From positions 160,001 to 224,000 of the forward strand of contig JAHJQN010000003.1 of NCBI GenBank assembly GCA_018819225.1: 64,000 bases of DNA, given 5' to 3'. The notes under the pieces were generated by a model. It saw only the letters and a program-made list of their open reading frames with translations. It searched no databases and was not told where the DNA came from. The DNA comes from Candidatus Micrarchaeota archaeon (lineage in GTDB: Archaea; Micrarchaeota; Micrarchaeia; Norongarragalinales; SBBD01). This document shows, in pieces, positions 26,303 through 35,100 of this stretch (its first letter is position 1; every line of letters starts with the position of its first letter). The position numbers and the translations under genes are program-made.

Positions 26303-27520
26303 TCATTTTATGTGTAGGAGTGGCAATTTATGTGCAACGTCATTTAGGTCAATGGGAATCTTGTTCTCCTTAGCTTCGTGCACCAGAACGACCAAGTTGT
26401 GGCATAGAACTTTGGCTAAGGCCTCGTTGACCTGCGCCTGCTCGTTCCTGGAGAAGAGCCTGTTGTCGAACTTGCGTTTGAGCATGCTGAAGGTAGATTC
26501 GACGTTGCTTCGGCAGTGGTAGGCCTGCATGAATGCCTCGTTGTTGTATCTGAAGTAGTGGTACATCTTCCGCCAAGCCTGGCTAGAGAGCTTCTTGCCG
26601 GTGCTGTTGGATTTGAATGGGATGAATGGCACGACGCCCATATCCCATGCAGACTGGAGGTTCTTTCGAGAGCTATATCCTTTGTCGGCGACAACAGATT
26701 CTACGCGGAAGCCTTCAGTAGTCTCCTGGAGTAAATGCGGGAACTCCGGAGAATCACTCGAAGTTCCATCCGTGACGTTGATTGAGGTTACGATGTTTGT
26801 CTTTACCCCGCAGGCGATGTGAACCTTGATCCAATCCTTGACTCTCCGGTCTTGGTTAAAGCGGTAGTCAAACCAGCGGGAATAGAAAGCTGAAGAAAGG
26901 CCAGAGGCGTCGATGGCTATCGTATCTTCCAAACCAGCCAATGGCAAGGCTGAAATCCTAATCAAGGCTTTGAGAATCGGGGTTAGCTCGGGCTTGTTGA
27001 AGTACTTGAGAACGGTATTGAAATGGGGGGTCTTGCTCAAGTATCCTCTGCGTCTGGCGATTTCCAAGTCTGAATGAGCCCGTCTGGAAGAAAGACATTC
27101 GTATACCTTAGTAGTACAGGCAAAAAGCATTTCCCGAAGGTTTGAGGATGGTCTTCCCCGTTTGCAATCCCGCTTGTCAGGAACAAGCGAGGTAATATCC
27201 TCTAAAAATTCAAGGAAAAGGAGCTTTTCTTCAGTTTGAGCTGCATTGTAAGCAGGCCAGTCTTGAGGAAAAGTCGTGCGTTCGGGCGATGGCTCCTTTG
27301 ACTCAAAAAGCGTGTCCAACAACTCCTCTGGCGGGCTTTGAACGCCGACAAACGCGCCCAAGGTTTGTTTCGCAGCGATTCTCTCTTCAGGGGATATTGA
27401 GAATCTCCGTTTACATGACCCGCAATGATATGACTTGACTTTTCTTCCCCCATCAGACCAAACTCCGATTTGAATTGTCTTAATTGAACCGCAATACTTG
27501 CAGAATGGTGTTTCTTCCAC
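26303..27520 (-). CDS. DDE transposase, IS5 family (IS903-like) with N-terminal Zn ribbon
   Basis: CKYC...CGSC; DWPAYNAAQ; TPHFNT; IAIDASG; KVHIA; VVADKGY; YHCRSNVESTFSMLK (Y-R-E-K). Confidence 0.9.
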   Translation of the reverse strand: MEETPFCKYCGSIKTIQIGVWSDGGRKVKSYHCGSCKRRFSISPEERIAAKQTLGAFVGVQSPPEELLDTLFESKEPSPERTTFPQDWPAYNAAQTEEKLLFLEFLEDITSLVPDKRDCKRGRPSSNLREMLFACTTKVYECLSSRRAHSDLEIARRRGYLSKTPHFNTVLKYFNKPELTPILKALIRISALPLAGLEDTIAIDASGLSSAFYSRWFDYRFNQDRRVKDWIKVHIACGVKTNIVTSINVTDGTSSDSPEFPHLLQETTEGFRVESVVADKGYSSRKNLQSAWDMGVVPFIPFKSNSTGKKLSSQAWRKMYHYFRYNNEAFMQAYHCRSNVESTFSMLKRKFDNRLFSRNEQAQVNEALAKVLCHNLVVLVHEAKENKIPIDLNDVAHKLPLLHIK

Positions 27521-27599
27521 AATATCTACCCCACATAACTACATACCTATATTTGTAGGATAGATATATTTTTAAATAGATATCATCTCATGTAGATAC

Positions 27600-27758
27600 A
27601 TGGGCATAATGAACCAGAGAATTGATGACGAGCTGGACCAGCGCTTCAGGGAAGAGGTCGCCAAGAGGTATGGATGGAAGAAAGGGAACTTGAAGAAAGC
27701 GCTTGAAGAAGCTATTAATGCGTGGGTAGGCCAGAAAGAGAAAGCCATGAGAAAATAG
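27600..27758 (+). CDS. ribbon-helix-helix protein (52 aa)
   Basis: Manual translation MGIMNQRIDDELDQRFREEVAKRYGWKKGNLKKALEEAINAWV...; divergent from the transposase. Confidence 0.75.
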   Translation: MGIMNQRIDDELDQRFREEVAKRYGWKKGNLKKALEEAINAWVGQKEKAMRK

Positions 27759-29309
27759 TTACGACTTCTTGCGAAGAATCATTGTTAGATTATCCAATAA
27801 GTCAACGTCCCGCGTAATCTCGTCATACTTGGTTTTGAACTCTTCGACCGTAGATGCGGATTCTATCGCAATTAATACGGCTGTGGCCTTGAAAATATGA
27901 TAAACAAGGCCTGGAAGCCTCGCTTGGCTATGGGCAAACGCATATGAAGGATTAAGGGAATTAATGAGTAATACTTTTTTCCGTGAATCAAAAACAACCT
28001 CTGGCTCAAGCACGCTCAGTGGTTTTACTTCAATCTCAATTTTACCGCTTCTTATAAGCGTGGCTAGATTTGATTTTTGTTCATCCCTGCGAATAACGCT
28101 CTGCGAAGAAATCGTTATATCACGACGAGATGGTGTTCTTTGGGATTTTGCTGGACGAATTGGGTCGAGATGTGATGATGTTTGAAAAGCCTGGGTTACT
28201 CCAACGGGAATTGTCTTTGATATGAGTTCTTCCTTAACGCCTTCCCAGACAATATACTCTTTTTTCAACAAGGATACGATTCTTCGTTTTAACCACTCGA
28301 CAAATGCCATATAGGCCGGGTGGGTTAGGATGAACCCTGCCCGGTTCGTTTGGAGTGCATCGTTCAGGCCATCGGCATTTAAGGAGACGTGTATCTTGTT
28401 GTACAACATCCGAGGATGAGTGAAAGTCGCAAAATTTATTACTCCGGTAACGCTATCGACATTAACCAACCTGCCGTAAATTCTTATGTTGACGCCATAG
28501 CTCTTTGGCTCTTCTTTATTGAAAAAAACTATTTTTCCCGTTACTGGACCGACTTCGGGAACATCCTCGTCAATTGGATAGGTATTTCTTATCCTTCCGA
28601 CGATATCTTCCGGTTTTACTTCAATTTCCCCTTGAACACCAGTTCCGCTTAGTACTATCCTAAACCCATCAATCAATGGCATTGTCTTTACGAGGCGCCG
28701 TTTAACTGCGAGAACATCAATCCCCTTCAACGCGTCCTTGTTTAAGTCGAGAAGGGTTATTGTGGTTCCGCTACCGCTTTTATCGGTCTTTTCAGAAATA
28801 ACATGTAACTTGAACTTGTCGACGAACTCGGATTTATCAAACTCTTCAAAGTTGAAAGACGCAGATGAGACGATCCCATTCTTCCAGGTGGAAATGTTAA
28901 ATTTCTTGCAAACCTGATAGAGCGATATTTTTCCTATCCCAAATTTCCCAATGATATAGCGCTTAACACCTTTGAATGAACGAATTTTCCGGTTGTCTTT
29001 TTCAGTATGGGAAATGTAGAAGAAATGGACTAATCCATCCGGCGTCATTCCCTCGCCATCGTCTTCAATAGAAATCGTATCATCTTCAAGGCGAATCCGC
29101 ACTACGCTAGCCAGTGCATCACTTGCATTAGAAACTAACTCGTCAAAGATAATCAGAGGGTTCGGGTAAAACGTCGTACTTAGTTGTTTAATGATACGAG
29201 TCCCGACTCGGATATCGTGGTCTCCTTCTCCGATCCCGATGTTATTTTCGAAGTCGACGTTCACCCTTTTTCCAGGAACTGGCATAAGCTTTTTAACCCG
29301 AATTTCCAT
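27759..29309 (-). CDS. GHKL (MORC/HATPase_c_3-type) ATPase
   Basis: ELVSNASDA, IEDDGEGMT, IGKFGIGKIS and GTTITL Bergerat-fold motifs, followed by an S5-like region. Confidence 0.88.
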   Translation of the reverse strand: MEIRVKKLMPVPGKRVNVDFENNIGIGEGDHDIRVGTRIIKQLSTTFYPNPLIIFDELVSNASDALASVVRIRLEDDTISIEDDGEGMTPDGLVHFFYISHTEKDNRKIRSFKGVKRYIIGKFGIGKISLYQVCKKFNISTWKNGIVSSASFNFEEFDKSEFVDKFKLHVISEKTDKSGSGTTITLLDLNKDALKGIDVLAVKRRLVKTMPLIDGFRIVLSGTGVQGEIEVKPEDIVGRIRNTYPIDEDVPEVGPVTGKIVFFNKEEPKSYGVNIRIYGRLVNVDSVTGVINFATFTHPRMLYNKIHVSLNADGLNDALQTNRAGFILTHPAYMAFVEWLKRRIVSLLKKEYIVWEGVKEELISKTIPVGVTQAFQTSSHLDPIRPAKSQRTPSRRDITISSQSVIRRDEQKSNLATLIRSGKIEIEVKPLSVLEPEVVFDSRKKVLLINSLNPSYAFAHSQARLPGLVYHIFKATAVLIAIESASTVEEFKTKYDEITRDVDLLDNLTMILRKKS

Positions 29310-29320
29310 AGAATAGTAAA

Positions 29321-29514
29321 GGACGGTTGGGCCCTCTCAGCTCATTATCTGTTCATCGGGCCACGGAGCTGTTGCCGCTTCCTTTGGGGTTGCGGCGAAC
29401 CTACCGTGTTTCCCAATCCTCCCGCCCTTCGGTTCCCCGGTCGTTTGACAGCCCCGGGAAACATATCAACTCCACGAGTCTTCGTGAACCGCCCCAAAAA
29501 CCAGGAAAGCCTGG
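29321..29514 (-). other. GC-rich multi-hairpin element (candidate structured leader or ncRNA) upstream of the GHKL gene
   Basis: Several complementary stems closed by 29321-29328 / 29487-29494; TATA-like TATATAAG at ~29539. Confidence 0.45.
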
Positions 29515-29582
29515 CAATGCAGGAGTGCGCTTTTCAAGTATATAAGCTTATGGGTCGAATCCTGGCAAGCGACGAAGCAGTC

Positions 29583-30644
29583 TTAGCCGATTGCCGTAAA
29601 AATGGCCTTTCCGACAGCATTCATTAGGCGAGGAGGGACTGCGTTTCCGACTTGGGTGTATTGTGGGCAGCTTTCCTTGCGGTGTGGGCCACCAGTCGTC
29701 CGCGGTCCAAGGAATCGGAAGGAATCTGGGAATGACTGGAGTCTCGCCATCTCCCGTACCGAAAGGATTCTCGGTTGCGAGTAATGGATGAAATCATCTG
29801 GCAGCGTAGTCATCGTGGGGGCAGGCTGTGATCCATTCAGCCTTATCGTGTACAGTTTCTTTGTTCCTGCCCATGCATCAACCCCCCGCAGGGTTGCTCC
29901 TTCTTCCACCATCGAGAAACGCCTCTTTACCAAGGAGGAATGGTGGGAAGTCAGGTGGTTATGAAGTATCCGCTGGCCCTTACGCATAATTCGCTGGTAC
30001 TGGGTCCTCGCGGGGAATAGGTACTCGGTGGCTGACGAGCCTTGCTGCAAGAAGCTCAAATCGCTTATTGCTTCGCTCACGGTTACAGTATCGGATTCTG
30101 GAACCTTAAATTCAGCTAAGTCGATTTCAGCATCAAGAGCGCCCAGTAGAAAAAGTCTTTTTCGTCGCTGTGGTACGCCATGATTTGCCGCATCGAAGAC
30201 CCGCTCGGATACGGCGTATCCAGCCTTCTTCAGCCCCCGTCTGATTGATTCAACGAAAAAGCCATGGTCCATTGTCAGGAGGCCGGTAACGTTTTCAATA
30301 AGGATTAGCGGTGGCTTCAGTTCTCGCGCCAACCTGAGGACTTCCTTGAAGAGGTAGTTCCGAGTATCGTTGGAAGCTCGGCGACCGGCAGTCGAGAATC
30401 CCTGGCAAGGTAGACCAGCGAAGATGAGGTCAGGAACTTCCCCGGCGATAGATTTGATTTCCGAACCCGATAGTTTGCGGATATCTTTTTGGATCAGGGG
30501 GGTACTTGAGTGGTTTGAGGAGTAGGTCCACGCGGCTTGAGGATTCAACTCATTCGCAGCGATAACCCGGAAACCAGCTAGTCTTAAGCCTTCTGAGGCA
30601 CCACCTGCCCCCGCAAAAAGGTCAACTGCGGTAAGGTTACCCAT
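29583..30644 (-). CDS. dcm: C5-cytosine DNA methyltransferase
   Basis: DLFAGAGG, GLPCQGFS, IENVTG, PQRRKR, REMARLQSFPD, QVGNAVPP. Confidence 0.95.
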   Translation of the reverse strand: MGNLTAVDLFAGAGGASEGLRLAGFRVIAANELNPQAAWTYSSNHSSTPLIQKDIRKLSGSEIKSIAGEVPDLIFAGLPCQGFSTAGRRASNDTRNYLFKEVLRLARELKPPLILIENVTGLLTMDHGFFVESIRRGLKKAGYAVSERVFDAANHGVPQRRKRLFLLGALDAEIDLAEFKVPESDTVTVSEAISDLSFLQQGSSATEYLFPARTQYQRIMRKGQRILHNHLTSHHSSLVKRRFSMVEEGATLRGVDAWAGTKKLYTIRLNGSQPAPTMTTLPDDFIHYSQPRILSVREMARLQSFPDSFRFLGPRTTGGPHRKESCPQYTQVGNAVPPRLMNAVGKAIFTAIG

Positions 30645-30833
30645 GCGAACGAGGCCTCTTGTATTTTTTCCACTTAGAAAACGCAAGGATAAGATCCTTA
30701 ATAGCCTTCTCCTTACTAGGTGCGCCCGCATCTGCCTTGAACCGCGAAACGATCCAATTCTCCTCCTCCGAGAGGGAGACATTAATCCCGGGCATAAATC
30801 CCACTACTAATTATAACAAAATGATATATATAG

Positions 30834-31250
30834 TCATAATTTATAATACCTCGTATTCAAAGCCCGGCTTATCTTCTTCAATGATTTCAGGGGAGTTGCA
30901 GTTATCTCGTGCTCCCAGATGCGAATTACTCGCCAACCCATTTTCCTTAAGGCCAACCGTTGCTTCTTATCCCTGCGTATATTCACCTCTAGCTTGTTTC
31001 TCCAGAAGGACGAAAGCGCCTTACGTCGTTGCAGGTAGTGCCAGCCGTGCCAGAAATCACCGTCAATGAACACCGCTAGCCTCTTGGCTTTGATAACAAT
31101 GTCGGGATGTCCAGGGAGCTCGGAGTAGATTGAGAACTTAATCCCGGACGAACGCAACAGTTTCCGCATTACCTTCTCTGGTTTTGTATGCTTGCCCTTG
31201 ATACTAGACATTATCCTACTGCGCGTCCGTCGGTCGAAAATATCGACCAT
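30834..31250 (-). CDS. vsr: very short patch repair endonuclease
   Basis: RSRIMSSIKGKHTKPE, LPGHPDI, FIDGDFWHG, GWRVIRIWEHE. Confidence 0.95.
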   Translation of the reverse strand: MVDIFDRRTRSRIMSSIKGKHTKPEKVMRKLLRSSGIKFSIYSELPGHPDIVIKAKRLAVFIDGDFWHGWHYLQRRKALSSFWRNKLEVNIRRDKKQRLALRKMGWRVIRIWEHEITATPLKSLKKISRALNTRYYKL

Positions 31251-31324
31251 GAACGCTAGAAGTGGTTTGGCTTAATTAAACCGGTTGAAAATCCTTTTAA
31301 GTAGGTCGCGTGCGTACACCTAGT

Positions 31325-31804
31325 ATGCGAGTAAAAACCTATTTGCGCAAGGGAGCGGGTAATAAGAAATTCGTTACAATCGTTAAGACGATAACCGATG
31401 CACTTGGTAATATTGACGGTTCAACCCGAATCAAGGAGGCGCTTCTTGAGGAACTTACAAAAAACAGGTCCAACCTTGGTGCTGCATGGCAAGACGGGGA
31501 CCAGTTATTGAACATCCTTGGCAAGAATTCAGACCACCGCTTCGATATCTATAATTGGGAGACTAAGACCGCTATCGAGGTTGAGGAAAGTGAAGTCAAG
31601 TACGTTTGTAAGGACTTTGTCAAATTGGCGATTGGTGCAAGGCGCGGGCGGGTTGCCAACGCAATGCTAGTTTGCCCAATTGCATATGGGGGCAAGACAC
31701 TCAAGCGACCGGTGGCGATATATACAAATGCCGTATCAATTTCGCACTTCATGTCCGACTTCTTATGGATGAAGAATCTAGCCATAATCGGCTATGAGAA
31801 GTAG
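31325..31804 (+). CDS. putative type II restriction endonuclease (BamHI/BglII/BstYI-like)
   Basis: RFDIY...AIEVE...KDFVK resembles the D...ExE active site; adjacent to vsr and dcm. Confidence 0.55.
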   Translation: MRVKTYLRKGAGNKKFVTIVKTITDALGNIDGSTRIKEALLEELTKNRSNLGAAWQDGDQLLNILGKNSDHRFDIYNWETKTAIEVEESEVKYVCKDFVKLAIGARRGRVANAMLVCPIAYGGKTLKRPVAIYTNAVSISHFMSDFLWMKNLAIIGYEK

Positions 31805-32106
31805 ACTCATAACCACTCCAAGCGCCCCGGCTACCCTCACTACCCGATTTTGTGTGCAGCCCATCGATTAAATGTGCAACAGCCAGTATATGTGCAAAGC
31901 CCCCCCTCCCCAAAGATTTAAATACTTGTAACTGTACAGTAGTAACACGTTCCGGTGTAATAGTGTGTGGATGGCTAGCAAATTCCGCCAGCAGGAGGAC
32001 GCTCGCCATTGAAAGTGGAAAGAAAATAGGTTGAACGGTCGGCCATGGTTTGCGCAAGGGCTGAAACATGCAGATGCCGGAATGAAACCAGTGAAGCGCG
32101 CATAAC

Positions 32107-35100
32107 ATGAAGCGCGGAAAAAAAGGCGATGAAATGAATTACGAGTCGCTCAAAAAGCGTTTGACCCGAAACAGAAAAAAAATACTCGCTTCCGCAACCT
32201 TGAGGCTATTCGTTACCCTCGCGATACTGGCCGTTATTGCCGGTAACGTAAACGCGTATTGCGGCGACATGTATTGCGATCCTTACTACGAAAACCAGTT
32301 TACGTGCGCGTACGATTGCGCCGGCATCTTTTTCGATCCGACTCCCCTTCCTCCTTACGGCGGGCAATATAATGGGGGAGGCGCGCTTTGCGAAGTGTAC
32401 GCATACGATGGTTATCAAGGCGAAAGCGTTCCAGTCGATGTATACTATTACGGATGGGATTACCCTGGAAGCATTCTCGTGGATTGTGGTAACGGGCGAA
32501 CCGCCACCGCGTACTTCATGTGGGGAAGCTACGTGGCGCATACCTCGTGCTATTACGATTTAGGTGGGGCGTATTACGTAGACGCGTACTCGGGAGGGTT
32601 ATACTGCCCGGGAAACACGGTTTACATTCACGATGATTACCAAGATTACGGGTATTGTGGGGACGGGGTTTGCGACACGTACGAATGGAATGGCGGAACG
32701 TGCGCGTACGATTGCGGAAACGGAGGGGATAACGATTACTCGTATTGTGGAGACGGGGTTTGCGACTGGGGAGAAAACGAGTTAAACTGCGCGGAGGATT
32801 GCGAGCCCGAAGTACCCGTCGAGCCGTCATGCGGATTGACCGCGAGCCCGGGGCGCATAACCGAAGGCTACTGGAGCGTGATGACCGCGCGTTATTATGA
32901 CATGGAGCAGGCGCCGAACGTAATTAGCGTTGATTGCGGTAACGGAGAAAGCGCTACGGCAACGGGATGTAGCCGCACCACGGGAAGTTGCACGGCATCA
33001 TGTTATTATCCCAATGCACGCGGCGAAGCGTACCACCCGCAAGCGAATATCGGCGGAACAAGTTGTTCACCGGCAAGCGTTTATGTTGATGAACCGTACG
33101 TACCGATTTACTGCAGCTCGAACGCGGATTGCCCCGATGACGGATACGTGGGACTCGCGTATTGTTTGAACGGAAACGCGGTTAAGGACTATATTGATTA
33201 TACGTGCGTGAAGCCCGGAGAAGCCGGGAACGCGTGCGAACATGCGAGAGCACCGCAAGTGATCGAAGAGTGCGCAAACGGATGCTCGTACGGATCGTGC
33301 AACGAAGCACCCGCGGAAGCCAGTTGCCATATTGCGACGCATCCGAGCACCATTGACGAAGGACAAGGAAGCGTGGTCACGGTTTACTACCAGGACTTGG
33401 CGCAGGCACCGAATTACGTTTCATTGAATTGCGGCAACGGGGAAGTGAAAAACGTTCCCGGATGCAGCGGAACCCGAGGCAGTTGTACGAGCACGTGTTA
33501 TTACTCGAGTGCAGGAAGGTATGAAGTGCAGGCGAGTGCGAGCGGCGTCTCGTGCGCGCAAGGAAACATTATTGTCAATGAGCAACAGCACCTGCCTTCC
33601 AGCTATTACGGGGACGGAACGTATTGGTTGATGGTAGGGGACCAGGCGTACGGTAACAATAACTACGGAGTTGAATTAACGAACGTGCAAGCGAATCCGC
33701 ATGCGCAGTTCAACGTACTGAATCCGTACGGGCAAGTCATCGGAAGCATTTCGTTACCCGCGTTTTCCGGGCAAGAGATCCCGTACGCAGGAAACTTGCG
33801 GGTAAGCGTCGAAGCAGTTGATGCGCACCAGAACAGCGCAGTCGTTACATTGCAGAGTCCGGGAGTACCGACTCCTTCGGCGACGCCGCAACCGGATCCA
33901 GAATGCGCTTTAAGCGCCGTGCCTTCGCACGTGCAGGAAGGAAGCTCGAGCTCGATAATAATCAATTACTACAACTTGAATCATGCGCCGTACGTCGTGC
34001 CCGTTGACTGCGGGAATGGCCGGCAGGCCAATGCATTGAATTGCTTGGGAACAACGGGAAGCTGTGCGGCATCGTGTTTCTATCCCGGGGAAGGAAGCTT
34101 TACCGCAGTAGCCATTGCGGATGGAACGGCGTGCAGCACAACGAGCGTGGAAGTCAGCAACGTGCCCGTGCCTACGTGCAACGACGGCACGCGTTACGGA
34201 GAGTGTTCAACGAACCAGCCCTTTTATTGCGATGACGGGTTCTTGGTGAAGGATGCGCAGGTCTGCGGTTGTCCAGTCGGACAGGAACCGGAAGGAAACC
34301 GGTGCGTGGACTCGATGGGGTATTGTTCCACGAGCGTGAACCCGTACCCGGTTCGAGCCAACGAGCCCATGCAAGTACTGATCCGTTACAATGAATTCCC
34401 GGAAATGCCGAACAACGTGCGCGTGGTTTGCGGGAACGGAAGAGTCGTGCAGGGAAGCTGCGCGGGAACGGAAACCAGTGGAACGTGTACGGCGCAATGC
34501 ACGTACGAAGAACAAGCGGGCTACCCGCAAACGTATACCGTTGATTCGATTTTGGATGGCGTGCGTTGTGAAAGCGCCCAAGCAAAAGTAACCGCACCCT
34601 CGGATACCACGGGAACGCTTCTCGTGAAAGCCACGGATTGCGGTACGGGAGCGGCGCTGCAGAGCGCGACGGTTAGCATCAGCGGACACGGCGACGAGTT
34701 TACGGATGGTTACGGGCAAGTGCAAGTGGAACTCGATCCTGGACAGTACCAGATCATTGTTGATAAGGAGGATTACGCGGGAACCCAAGTCAGTAAACGG
34801 ATCGAATTAGGGAAAGTGAGCACCGCGTTCGTATGTCTTGAGAAAGAAGATGCGTGCGAAATCAAGGCGACGCTGGTGAGCTCTCCGAATATCGGGGACA
34901 GCCGAACGCCGTTACAGTACGAGATTCGCGTGGACAACGAAGACGAAACCGACAGCGCGACCATTATTACTCGGGCGTCCTCGAGCTTTACACTGAATGT
35001 TCAACCCTCGAGCTTCACGATCCCGGCTGGTGCAGCGCAACTGGTGAGCGTGCAAGCGTACCCGCCAGTAGACTTCACGGGCAATTCCGTTGGCATCGTC

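Larger units (their letters stand above)
26284..31901. mobile_element. IS5-family (IS903-like) cargo transposon carrying an RM-type module
   Basis: Imperfect TIRs AGCCTTGCAC (26284) and GTGCAAAGCC (31892-31901); subterminal TGTGCA-like repeats at 26311, 26331, 31853, 31873 and 31891; 9-nt C-rich flanks CCCCTGTCC / CCCCCTCCC; encodes a DDE transposase. Confidence 0.7.

Noticed and set aside
31749-32108. Minus-strand ORF whose AHLIDGLHTK resembles the transposase C-terminus AHKLPLLHIK
   Set aside because: The similarity comes from the shared DNA subterminal repeats, not from a second transposase fragment.
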